Translations under genes and position numbers: made by a program
Notes under the pieces: model-generated
Told to the model about the DNA's origin: nothing
The model's input: only the letters and a program-made list of their open reading frames with translations
The model's database searches: none
Shown here: positions 18,795-27,949 of the stretch, in pieces
Layout: each line of letters starts with the position of its first letter
Numbering within the stretch: the stretch's first letter is position 1
NCBI GenBank assembly: GCA_028284075.1
Contig: JANQSL010000171.1
Location: 26,378 to 90,377 of the forward strand
Direction: 5' to 3'
Length of the DNA: 64,000 nt
Source of the DNA: Candidatus Sumerlaeia bacterium
GTDB taxonomy: Bacteria; Sumerlaeota; Sumerlaeia; SLMS01; JAHLLQ01

Positions 18795-19912
18795 GTAAAA
18801 AGAAAACCACGGAAACAAACGGTCAGCCACGAGCCAAAAGCGGAGCATCAATTTTCGATGTGGCGGCCCGAGCCGGTGTCTCAATAGCAACCGTTTCTCG
18901 TGTCATCAATGGACGAAACCGCGTTGCGCCAGAGACGATACGAAAGGTCGAGGCTGCGATGCATGCACTCCAGTTTCGACCTAACCGGCAGGCTCGCGCC
19001 CTGACGTTGCGCAAGACAGACACAATCGGTCTGGTTCTTCCGGATCTTTACGGGGAGTTCTACGGTGAACTGATGCGTGGTGTCGATCAGGCGGCGCGCG
19101 AGGCGGGAGTGCACGTTCTGATCACAAGGGCTGTCAGTCCCGAGGAAGAACGTGCCACAGTGGAGGAACTCCTGCAGGGAGGCGCTGTCGATGGATTGAT
19201 TTTTCTGGTGTCGCAATTCGAGGACAACGCACTTTCGGATCTGGCACGTTTTCAGGATTCGCTTCTCATTCTGGACCGCGATGTGGGGAACATCGAACTG
19301 GATAACGTGTTGGTTGATAATCGCGATGCCGGTCGTGAGGCAACTCTCCATCTGATTCGAGATGCCGGAGCAGAGAGTCTTGCTTTCATTGGAGGGCCGG
19401 AAGGCAATGTGGACACCGACAATCGGCTCGCGGGGTTTCGGGATGCCTGCCATGAATTGGGAATCGATTCCTCTCCCGAACATATTCACTACAGTGATTA
19501 TTCGTATGAGATGGGTCTCGCCATCGGTGAGTCCTATTCTTCTCTGATTGAAGACGATGGCGGACGCTGGGGGTTCATCGCCGCGAATGACAATCTCGCC
19601 CGTGGCGTTATGGAAGCACTTGTTACCAAAGGCGCGGCCATTCCGCACGATGCCGCAATCATCGGATTCGATGATACGGAACTCGCTCGTGTCGTGCGTC
19701 CCCGGCTGACCTCAATGCGCGTGCCTCTTCAGGAGATCGGACGGACATGCGTTCGATTGCTTGTCGATCGCCTCAGAGGTCTCCGTACCGAACCCGCAAA
19801 GATGGTCTTCAAGGCGAGGCTCGCGCAGCGTGCATCGACCACCATTGACAGTGACCCTCTACAAAACACTCAGGAGAATGAAAATGCATCGTCCTCACAG
19901 GAACAGAACTGA
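18791..19912 (+). CDS. LacI-family transcriptional regulator
   Basis: SIFDVAARAGVSIATVSRVIN HTH; PNRQARAL hinge; IIGFDD; PRLTSM. GTG start overlaps the GH94 stop. Confidence 0.95.
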   Translation: MSKKKTTETNGQPRAKSGASIFDVAARAGVSIATVSRVINGRNRVAPETIRKVEAAMHALQFRPNRQARALTLRKTDTIGLVLPDLYGEFYGELMRGVDQAAREAGVHVLITRAVSPEEERATVEELLQGGAVDGLIFLVSQFEDNALSDLARFQDSLLILDRDVGNIELDNVLVDNRDAGREATLHLIRDAGAESLAFIGGPEGNVDTDNRLAGFRDACHELGIDSSPEHIHYSDYSYEMGLAIGESYSSLIEDDGGRWGFIAANDNLARGVMEALVTKGAAIPHDAAIIGFDDTELARVVRPRLTSMRVPLQEIGRTCVRLLVDRLRGLRTEPAKMVFKARLAQRASTTIDSDPLQNTQENENASSSQEQN

Positions 19913-20540
19913 AGAACGCGCTTTTACACTCATCGAATTGTTGATCGTTGTTGCAATCATAGCAATTCTTGCGGCGATAGCCGTTCCGAATTTCCTCGAG
20001 GCGCAGACACGCAGTAAAGTCAGCCGCGTCAAGGCGGACATGCGCTCTATTGCAACAGCGGTTGAAGCCTACTCCATCGACAATAACAGCTATCCTCTTT
20101 CACAGGAGCTTCTGTCGACCTATCCGAACAGCCCATTTAATACTGCCTTTTTCGGATTTGGATTCATGGCGTATGCCGGCCGCCTTTCAACACCGATTTC
20201 CTATATCACGCAAGTTCCTCGCGACATCTTCAACGAGGGAAACGCTCCCAATCGTCCGGACGGTTTTTCCTTCTTTGAGTATTGGTCCGAGGAAGACAAT
20301 CTCATATTCGGGATCAACGATATTAATGGCTACCGCCGGGAGTTCCTTCCGGACTCGACTCGTTATCTCCTCTGGTCCTGGGGACCCGATCGAGTCGCAT
20401 TCGACCCCACTTTACCGGTAGGGCTTCTACAGGACCAGGTGACAATCTACAATTACTACGATCCAACCAATGGCACCGTCAGTTATGGTAACATCCTTCG
20501 CCCTGGCCCCGGCGGTGGACTCAAGCAGGGGTCAACCTGA
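19884..20540 (+). CDS. Type IV pilin / GspG-like pseudopilin, paralog of 785..1450
   Basis: RA|FTLIELLIVVAIIAILAAIAVPNF; SWGPDR; YDPTNGTVSYGN. AGGAG RBS at 19872; overlaps the LacI end and the next start (TGATG). Confidence 0.9.
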   Translation: MHRPHRNRTEERAFTLIELLIVVAIIAILAAIAVPNFLEAQTRSKVSRVKADMRSIATAVEAYSIDNNSYPLSQELLSTYPNSPFNTAFFGFGFMAYAGRLSTPISYITQVPRDIFNEGNAPNRPDGFSFFEYWSEEDNLIFGINDINGYRREFLPDSTRYLLWSWGPDRVAFDPTLPVGLLQDQVTIYNYYDPTNGTVSYGNILRPGPGGGLKQGST

Positions 20541-21931
20541 TGAGACTTCTGCTTTGTGGACTGATTGTCTCTTCGGCAGCAACAGGCTGGAGCCAGGAAC
20601 TTCAAACGTCTGTCACGAGAGATCATCCTGTTTCCCATCAGGAAATCTCTCCCCAGGACGATGAGCTTCTTGAGGAGATCTCGTATGCCAGCTTTCGGTT
20701 TTTCGTGGATGAGGCAAATCCCTCCACAGCCCTGGTGCCCGATAATGTGCAAAATCCCAACATCAGCAGCATTGCGGCTCAGGGTTATGCATTTTCGGCC
20801 TGGGTTATTGGTGCTGAACGCGGATGGATCGCCCACGGTGAGGCTGAAGCGCTGTCGCTGAAGGCTCTCGGCACACTTGAGAGTACCGATGCCACGCGCT
20901 ATGGGATGTTCGCCCATTTCCTTGATACGCGAACCGGTCAGATTTCCGAGGAGGGATACGAGAGTGGAGCGTCGACAATCGACAGCGCACTCCTTGCTGC
21001 CGGAATGCTGACGGCCGGCGAGTACTTCGGTGGTGAAGTCAAAGCGCGGGCGGACCAGTTGTTTGCTGATATGGACTGGGCGGCGTTCCGCGATCCCGAC
21101 AAGAACAACCAGGTGAGGATGCTTTGGAATCCGGCGGATCCTCACGACTTTTCCGCAGGCGGAGAGTTCGCACAGCCAACGTGGGACTGGTATACTGATG
21201 AAACGCTTCTGATTGTGCTGCTGGGAATATCAGCCCCTGATCCTGGCAAACGGCTCGATCCCGGAGAAGCCATGACCAACTGGAATCGGCCTGTTGGTTC
21301 GTATGGGCAGCACAGTTACATTTACTCCTGGCCGGGTACTCTTTTCACGTACACCTTTGCGCAGTGCTATTTTGACTTCCGCATTCTCGGTGAAGACGTT
21401 CTCGGAGTAAACTGGTGGGAAAACACGTTGTCCGCCGTCAGGGCAAATCGCGACTGGTGCAGGGACAACGCAGGCAGCTATACAACCTACGGACCGAACA
21501 GGTGGGGGGTTACCGCCTGCAGTGGTCCGCAGTTTACTTACGTGGTTCCAGGTCATCAGCCCCGCGGACCGCAGGGCGATGATCCTGCGGGGGGAACCCT
21601 CGCGCCCTATGGTGCCGGTATGGCGGTGCTTTGGGAACCCGCGGATGCGATCGCGGCACTTCGACACATGAAATCCTTCGTTGTTGGAGGGGCTGATGTC
21701 TGGGTATCGGTCGATAGCGGCGGCTATGGTTTCAGAGACGCCTTCAATATCGATGAGAACTGGGCCTCTCCCGATATACTCGGTATCGCTCAGGGGCCTA
21801 TGCTGCTTTGTATTGAAAACCTTCGGAGTGAGCTCCTTTTCAGGACGCTTATCCGGAACCAGCACATTCGCCACGGATTGAAATCCGCCGGCTTTGATGT
21901 TCCCTGTCTCGACAGCTGGCGTATTGAGTAA
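20540..21931 (+). CDS. Secreted 'glycoamylase' / GH144-like (endo-beta-1,2-glucanase family) protein
   Basis: SSIAAQG, STIDSALL, YTDE, LFTYTF, WGVTAC.GP, YGFRDAFN, LGIAQGPMLL.IEN; signal peptide. Confidence 0.82.
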   Translation: MRLLLCGLIVSSAATGWSQELQTSVTRDHPVSHQEISPQDDELLEEISYASFRFFVDEANPSTALVPDNVQNPNISSIAAQGYAFSAWVIGAERGWIAHGEAEALSLKALGTLESTDATRYGMFAHFLDTRTGQISEEGYESGASTIDSALLAAGMLTAGEYFGGEVKARADQLFADMDWAAFRDPDKNNQVRMLWNPADPHDFSAGGEFAQPTWDWYTDETLLIVLLGISAPDPGKRLDPGEAMTNWNRPVGSYGQHSYIYSWPGTLFTYTFAQCYFDFRILGEDVLGVNWWENTLSAVRANRDWCRDNAGSYTTYGPNRWGVTACSGPQFTYVVPGHQPRGPQGDDPAGGTLAPYGAGMAVLWEPADAIAALRHMKSFVVGGADVWVSVDSGGYGFRDAFNIDENWASPDILGIAQGPMLLCIENLRSELLFRTLIRNQHIRHGLKSAGFDVPCLDSWRIE

Positions 21932-21952
21932 ACCTTCAGGAGATCCCAATCG

Positions 21953-23302
21953 ATGCTCAAATATCGCTTTCCGGACGGCTTTACATGGGGAGTTTCTTCT
22001 TCCAGCTATCAAATCGAAGGAGCGGCGTCCCAGGATGGGCGTGGGCCTTCCATATGGGATTCGTTTTGTCGCGAGCCGAATCGGATTGCACGAGACGAGA
22101 ACGGAAGTGTCGCCTGTGATCACTACAATCGCATGGAAAGCGACATCGAGCTGATTGCGAAAACGATCAATGCGAATGCCTATCGATTCTCCATTGCCTG
22201 GCCGCGCGTCCTCCCCGAAGGGGAGGGACACGTCAACCCCGCCGGTATCGGCTTCTATGATCGTCTTGTGGACAAATTGCTGGAACAGGGAATCAAACCC
22301 GTTTGCACCTGCTATCACTGGGATCTGCCGCTGGCGCTTCAGAAAAAACACGGTGGATGGCAGTCGAGGCGAGTGGCGGAGCTTTTTGCAGAGTACTGTG
22401 AAATACTGGGAACACACCTTGGCGACAGAGTTGACACATGGTGTACTCTTAATGAACCGGAAGTTGTACTGACGGCTGGATATCGAACCGGCGTTCATGC
22501 ACCCGGACTCATGCTTGATGAAAAGGGGGTTCGGCAGGTTACACATCATCTGCTGCTTGCCCACGGGCTTGGCACACAGGCGTTGCGAAAATCCATTACC
22601 AGACAGGGTGCACGAATCGGACTCGTTCACAACAGCACCAGTTATTCGCCACTGACCGAGTCTGCAGAGGACATCTCGGCAACCCGCGAGGTTTTTCATT
22701 GCGAAAACAGCTGGTTGCTAAGTCCGGTGTCTCATGGTGTTTACCCTGCGGAGCTATGGCGAGAGCTCGATAAGAATGTTCCCGAGACTGAAGACGGAGA
22801 TCTCGCGGTCATTGCCACCTCGACCGACTACCTGGGTATTAATACATACTTCTCCACGGCCATGGTGTCGGGAGAAAGAGGCGAGATCCCGTTCGAGAAG
22901 CATTATCCCCGAACCCTTATGAACTGGCCTGTGACACCGGATACGCTCTATTGGACAACACGGTTTGTTCACGAGCTCTACGGAGGGAAGAAACCGTTGA
23001 TGATTACGGAGAGTGGTTCGGCCTGGCCCGACAAGCCGCAGAGCGACAATGGAACCTCCGTCGTCAACGATCTCGCGAGAATCGTATACCTGCGAGAGCA
23101 CCTTAAGGGAATCCACCGCGCAATCGAGGAAGGCCTTCCTTTGGAAGGATACTTTGTCTGGTCGATTATGGATAATTTCGAATGGAGTGCCGGGTACGAG
23201 AAGCGGTTTGGTTTGATTTACATCGACTACGAAAATCAGAAACGAATCCCTAAAGCGAGTGCGGAATGGTACCGCAACGTTATCAAATGGAATGGATTCT
23301 GA
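21953..23302 (+). CDS. GH1 beta-glucosidase
   Basis: FPDGFTWG..SSSYQIEG, YRFSIAWPR, TLNEP (acid/base), ITESG (nucleophile), DNFEW..GY.KRFGL. Confidence 0.95.
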   Translation: MLKYRFPDGFTWGVSSSSYQIEGAASQDGRGPSIWDSFCREPNRIARDENGSVACDHYNRMESDIELIAKTINANAYRFSIAWPRVLPEGEGHVNPAGIGFYDRLVDKLLEQGIKPVCTCYHWDLPLALQKKHGGWQSRRVAELFAEYCEILGTHLGDRVDTWCTLNEPEVVLTAGYRTGVHAPGLMLDEKGVRQVTHHLLLAHGLGTQALRKSITRQGARIGLVHNSTSYSPLTESAEDISATREVFHCENSWLLSPVSHGVYPAELWRELDKNVPETEDGDLAVIATSTDYLGINTYFSTAMVSGERGEIPFEKHYPRTLMNWPVTPDTLYWTTRFVHELYGGKKPLMITESGSAWPDKPQSDNGTSVVNDLARIVYLREHLKGIHRAIEEGLPLEGYFVWSIMDNFEWSAGYEKRFGLIYIDYENQKRIPKASAEWYRNVIKWNGF

Positions 23303-23465
23303 GAATAGCGTGGCGTAACGACGTGCTTCCCCGCATGGAATCGGCCGAACGTGTTCATTGGGGCCAGGAAAAAGGCGCCAAATATGAATTATGTGGCCAG
23401 TGCACTCCCGACGTGTGCTGAGCGTGTACTGCCGATTTGCAAGTCCGGTTTTTCAGTAAAATTTT

Positions 23466-23506
23466 TCTGCTTTGGGAGCAGAGGGTCGTCGGTTCGATCC
23501 CGACCA
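23466..23506 (+). pseudogene. 3' half of tRNA-Pro(TGG); probable att-site duplication
   Basis: Anticodon arm TCTGC-TTTGGGA-GCAGA, variable loop GGGTC, T arm GTCGG-TTCGATC-CCGAC. No D arm or matching acceptor stem; no CCA. Confidence 0.8.
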
Positions 23507-23600
23507 GTGCTCATCAACAAACAAGAATCCGCTGGCAACCGTTAGAGTCAGCCGATCACTCAGCTGCGCCAATAGCCATAACCCTGTTTTGCGATACACT

Positions 23601-24659
23601 TCACCCCATGAATTGTCGAAAACGATCTTTGTCGAGGGATTTCATGTACGCTTCCTCAGCGGTAATGATGCCTTCCTGCAGATAAACCTGGATGACATCG
23701 TCCATGAGTTGCATACCCATGTTACGTCCGGAAAGAATGACCTGTTGGAGCTGATTGGTTCTGCCTTCACGAATATAGTTTGATGCCGCACGGGTTTGTA
23801 CAAGGATTTCGTTCGCGGCGCGCCGACCTTTGCCGTCGGCAGTCTTGAGTAGAATTTGGGCACAAACCGACCTCAGGGACACTGCAAGAGTTGCGCGAAT
23901 GGCCGTCTGTTGGTCCGTCGGGAACACGTCAATAATACGGTCCACGGTCTTGATGGCACTGTTCGTGTGGAGTGTGCCGAATACCAAAGTTCCCATTTCC
24001 GCCGCCGTGACCGCGAGACTGATCGTTTCCAGGTCGCGCATTTCCCCCACAAGAACAACGTCGGCGTCCTGGCGGCTTGCGGACTTCAAGCCCTCTGAGA
24101 AGGAAGGACAATCGACATGGACTTCACGTTGAACGATTGTCGATTTCTTCATCTGGTGAACGAACTCGATGGGTTCTTCGATTGTTAGGATATACTTTGC
24201 AAAGTTCTCGTTGATGTGGTTGATAATAGCGGCAAGAGTCGTGGATTTGCCACTGCCAGTTGGCCCCGTGACCAACACCATTCCGGACGAATATTCAGCG
24301 AAGGATGCCAGCACTCTCGGCAGCTTGAGTTCCCCCAGCGTCTGAATGATCGAAGGAATTGTGCGGAAAACCGCGCCATAACCTGCGTTCTGGCGGTTCA
24401 AGTTGCATCGAAAGCGAGCTTTGTCACCGAACGCATAGGCCAGGTCCATGTCTCCCGAGGCATCGAACTCTCTCCAGCGCTCGCTGTCGCAAATCTCCTG
24501 TAACATCGTGGAAAGCTGTTCGCCATCCAGTGCGGGCCAGCCATCCACCGGGACGACGCGGCCATGCAGCCGCAGCCGGGGCGGGTTGCCTTCCGCCAGA
24601 TGCAGATCAGAGGCACCGGTTTCCAGCATGTAGTCGAATAGAGGGTCGAGCCGCGCCAT
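23601..24659 (-). CDS. pilT: Type IV pilus retraction ATPase
   Basis: GASDLHL, GPTGSGKST, TIEEPIE, VGEMRD, GTLHTNSA, AASNYIRE, GMQLMD. Confidence 0.93.
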   Translation of the reverse strand: MARLDPLFDYMLETGASDLHLAEGNPPRLRLHGRVVPVDGWPALDGEQLSTMLQEICDSERWREFDASGDMDLAYAFGDKARFRCNLNRQNAGYGAVFRTIPSIIQTLGELKLPRVLASFAEYSSGMVLVTGPTGSGKSTTLAAIINHINENFAKYILTIEEPIEFVHQMKKSTIVQREVHVDCPSFSEGLKSASRQDADVVLVGEMRDLETISLAVTAAEMGTLVFGTLHTNSAIKTVDRIIDVFPTDQQTAIRATLAVSLRSVCAQILLKTADGKGRRAANEILVQTRAASNYIREGRTNQLQQVILSGRNMGMQLMDDVIQVYLQEGIITAEEAYMKSLDKDRFRQFMG

Positions 24660-26194
24660 CAGTGAGATCCTCCCTGACTGCGAAGCGCCTCGAACGCCGA
24701 TTTGTTTTCCGCGTTTCTCCAGGCGTCCTCACCGGAAACCACACCGCTACGGGCCAGTTCCATCAAGGCATCGTCCATCGTCTGCATACCCTGGCGTTTG
24801 CCTGCCTGCATTGCGTTCACAAGCTGGTGCAGTTTGCCTTCCTTGATGAGCGAGGAAACACCGGAGGTCGTTACCAGGAGTTCCGCGGCAAGGACCATTC
24901 CCTCACCATCCGCCCGCGGCAGAAGACGCTGACTGACAATGCCGCGGATGGACTCGCTGATCATCAAAGTGATCTGTTCCTGCTGCTTGATGGGGAAGAC
25001 GTCGAGAACACGGCTGATAGTGCGTGCCGCACTCCCCGTGTGAAGGGTGCCGAACACAAGGTGACCGGTTTCCGCTGCTGAAATCGCAATGGACATCGTG
25101 TCCATGTCACGAAGTTCACCCACGAGAATAATATCCGGGTCCTCACGGAGCGCGGCTCGCAGCGCCTTGCTGAAAGATTCTGTATGAGGACCAACCTCGC
25201 GTTGTGTAACCTGACACGCGATAGGTTCGTGAACGTATTCAATCGGATCTTCGATCGTGACAATATGATCTTCACGAGAGCGATTCACCAGATCCACCAT
25301 CGAGGCGACGGTTGTTGTCTTTCCGGATCGTGTCGGGCCGGTGACCAGGACCAGACCCTGATAATACTCTGTCAGGTTCTTGACGGTGGCGGGAAGTCCC
25401 AGTTGCTCAAGGGAGGGGATTTCCTGGCTAATGACACGATACACACCATCCCAACCCAGTCTCTGGCGGAAGATGTTGCAACGAAACCGGCCGCTCTTTC
25501 CGAGATCGAGACCGAAATCGAGATTCTGATCTTTGAGCAATTGTGTGGTCTGTGAACCCGAAAGAAGGGAGAAGTTCAGCAGTTCCGACTCTTCCGCCGA
25601 CAGTGGCGCCATTTCCATGTAGCGCAGTCGGCCGTGCATGCGAACGAAAGGCGGCTGTCCGACTGAAAGATGCAGATCGGAAGCACCCCAATGACGTGCA
25701 AGTCGCAGGAAATCCTTGAGCCGCGTGGGTCCGCCCGCTTCCGGCTCTTCCGAAGCTCCAACGCGACCCATTGCTGTTTGCTTAGCCGCACCATAGGAGA
25801 CGCTGGACTGTTGCGGTGTTTTTTTCTCGAGCTTCGCTGTGGGAGCGGTTGGAGGGTCGACAGCAACGGGAGCCGTTGCCGGAACCGGATCAGGCGCCGG
25901 CGCCATTGGAGGCGGCACCACGGGCGGCGGAGCGATTGAGGGAGCAGGATCTGTTGGCATCTCAGTTTGCGGGGGAGGCGGCGATTCGGGTTCGGCCACA
26001 TCATCCGCCATCGCGCCGACGGCCTCGGCGAGCTGCTCTGCCTGCTCCGCCGTGAGGAAGTGTTTGCGGACCAGCAACTCACGAGGGTCCTGGCCGGGGA
26101 ACGCTTCCAGTTCTTCGCAGACGTGTTTGTACTGCTTCTTGGTGATGAGTCGATTCTCGAGCGCTATGTCGAGGAAGGGGCTGTTGGAAGTCAC
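24659..26194 (-). CDS. pilT: PilT/PilU-family ATPase with extra N-terminal helical domain and Pro-rich linker
   Basis: GPTRSGKTT, TIEDPIE, ALREDPDIILVGELRD, GTLHT, GMQTMD; about 155-aa N-terminal extension. Confidence 0.88.
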   Translation of the reverse strand: MTSNSPFLDIALENRLITKKQYKHVCEELEAFPGQDPRELLVRKHFLTAEQAEQLAEAVGAMADDVAEPESPPPPQTEMPTDPAPSIAPPPVVPPPMAPAPDPVPATAPVAVDPPTAPTAKLEKKTPQQSSVSYGAAKQTAMGRVGASEEPEAGGPTRLKDFLRLARHWGASDLHLSVGQPPFVRMHGRLRYMEMAPLSAEESELLNFSLLSGSQTTQLLKDQNLDFGLDLGKSGRFRCNIFRQRLGWDGVYRVISQEIPSLEQLGLPATVKNLTEYYQGLVLVTGPTRSGKTTTVASMVDLVNRSREDHIVTIEDPIEYVHEPIACQVTQREVGPHTESFSKALRAALREDPDIILVGELRDMDTMSIAISAAETGHLVFGTLHTGSAARTISRVLDVFPIKQQEQITLMISESIRGIVSQRLLPRADGEGMVLAAELLVTTSGVSSLIKEGKLHQLVNAMQAGKRQGMQTMDDALMELARSGVVSGEDAWRNAENKSAFEALRSQGGSH

Positions 26195-26270
26195 ACGCTC
26201 ACCCGGTCAGATTGATCGGTCTGTAGTATCGTGTAAATTCTGCTTCCGAGAGCACAGGCGGACCGCTCTC

Positions 26271-27719
26271 TCAGGAAACGGCGCTTTGTTTTCTGCGGTG
26301 CTGATCCACCGCCACGCAAAACGCCTTGTAGAATTCCTTGATTGCTTTCATTTCCCAGTCCGCAAGAAGGCCTGCGTCGTAACTTTTGCGTACGTCCGTG
26401 AACATACTCACAAGTTGCTGACGCATCTTCTCAAGCTGGTCCGGCGTGAGTTCCTTCATGTCGCTCAGACACAACTCCACACGACGGTCTTCCGGCGATA
26501 TTTCACCGGATTCGTTCTGTTTGTCGTCAGCCGCTTCCGGAGCCAGAGGCTGATCCGTCATCCCGGCGATCAGGTTCTTTGCATCCGGCGACTGTGGGCC
26601 CAGTGCCTCGACAAGGTCCGCGGCGGACACACCCTGGGTGGGAAGATCGGCAAAGCCCTCTCCCAGTCGCTCGTCAGCTTCGGAAAGCCACGATTCGAAG
26701 TCGTCCACTCCATCGACTTCGTCATCGGTTCCCTGGACGGGGTTTTCATCTTCGTCAAGGCTCTCGCCAAGCTCCTCGGCGAGTTTGTGGAGGGCTCCCT
26801 GGAGGACTTTCAACTTGGGGCTGTTGGGCATGCAGTTCAGGGCCCCGTCGACAGCCAGCTGAGCGCGGTGTGGTTCGCGCGCCTCCAGAAGCAGCTCGGC
26901 GGCGCGTTCATAAGACTGGCTTGCCGGACCCTTCTTGGCCTGCGACATCAGCAACTCGCCCTGGAGGTAGTGGGTCATGCCGTTCTGATCGTCCAGCTCC
27001 AGCATTGACGTGACGGTTTCCTGGGCGCCCCGCACCTGACCATACTGCATGTAGAAGTCGACGACCCATTTGAGCTGTTCCGCGGCTGCATCGGGCCGTC
27101 CCATGCGCGAGAACAGATAAGCAAGTTCCTTCCGGGCCTTAACCGCACCGGGCTGAAGAATAATCAGAATGTTATAGATAGAAAGAGTCTTTTCAAGCTC
27201 TCCGCGAACGGCATAGGATTCGGCTGCGAGCATGTACTCGCGGAAGGCGTCATCCTTCCGGTTCAGTTCGAGATAAAGCGCGGCCAGTTTTGACCGGGTG
27301 ATCTCATCCCGGGGATCGAGTTGAACCGCCTGCTCCAGGTAGGGAAGGGCGTCTTCATGCATTCCCTTGTTGATGTACATCTCACCGCGGAACAGCAGGT
27401 CGTTGGACTTGTCGTCCTCACCGAAGAGGTTCTTGGTCACCTCGTCGAGACCGCAGTCGTAATACATCGCAACGAGCTCGATCAGTAACCCGCCTTCGTA
27501 GGCGTCACACTGTGAATACTGGCACTTGAAGGTACGCTCCGATGTGTCGATAATCATCGACTTGCGAACCAGGTCTTTATGAACCGGGCAGTGGATTCGG
27601 ACGATACTGCCCTCTTGGTAGATGGAAGACTCTGTAAACCCCATCCGCTTGAGAACGACAAACGGGTCCAGAGACGCGTTGAAGGAATAATCCGAGTCTT
27701 TGAGTTCGAATCGAGCCAT
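26271..27719 (-). CDS. CHC2 (primase-type) zinc finger plus TPR-repeat protein
   Basis: Start re-called at MARFELKD. IHCPVHKD...FKCQYSQC...GGLLIELVA; TPR helices (ALPYLEQAVQLDPRD); acidic linker and helical tail. Confidence 0.72.
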   Translation of the reverse strand: MARFELKDSDYSFNASLDPFVVLKRMGFTESSIYQEGSIVRIHCPVHKDLVRKSMIIDTSERTFKCQYSQCDAYEGGLLIELVAMYYDCGLDEVTKNLFGEDDKSNDLLFRGEMYINKGMHEDALPYLEQAVQLDPRDEITRSKLAALYLELNRKDDAFREYMLAAESYAVRGELEKTLSIYNILIILQPGAVKARKELAYLFSRMGRPDAAAEQLKWVVDFYMQYGQVRGAQETVTSMLELDDQNGMTHYLQGELLMSQAKKGPASQSYERAAELLLEAREPHRAQLAVDGALNCMPNSPKLKVLQGALHKLAEELGESLDEDENPVQGTDDEVDGVDDFESWLSEADERLGEGFADLPTQGVSAADLVEALGPQSPDAKNLIAGMTDQPLAPEAADDKQNESGEISPEDRRVELCLSDMKELTPDQLEKMRQQLVSMFTDVRKSYDAGLLADWEMKAIKEFYKAFCVAVDQHRRKQSAVS

Positions 27720-27949
27720 ACGGAAATGGCAGCCCCGATCGCCAACAGGCCGATATCGTCCCGCCGATAATGTCACAGCAGGCTTACTACCGAGCCTTGG
27801 CGACGTCTTGAGGCAGCGGCAAGCCTTTTCACCCGCTGCCGAAGCACCGAATCCTGCCGTTTCTGCACTTGCGCTGGCCCCCGGCATGGCTGCCAGGCAC
27901 GGTTTCCGCAAATTACGGGATTCAATCGCCCTGCCTGAGGCAATGCACC

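Noticed and set aside
19884-20540. Diversity-generating retroelement or pilin antigenic-variation cassette explaining pilin variability
   Set aside because: No reverse transcriptase, no TR/VR pair and no silent cassettes. The two pilins differ at synonymous sites, consistent with old paralogy.
21230-22699. Long antisense ORFs (also 6916..7860, 25839..27008, 31060..32142, 34377..35423, 18881..19648)
   Set aside because: They lie opposite well-supported genes, have no motifs, and are expected shadows of GC-rich codon bias.
23400-23520. Intact tRNA-Pro, or a CDS at 23472..23783
   Set aside because: No D arm, no proper acceptor pairing, no CCA. The ORF is a translation of the tRNA fragment and antisense pilT.
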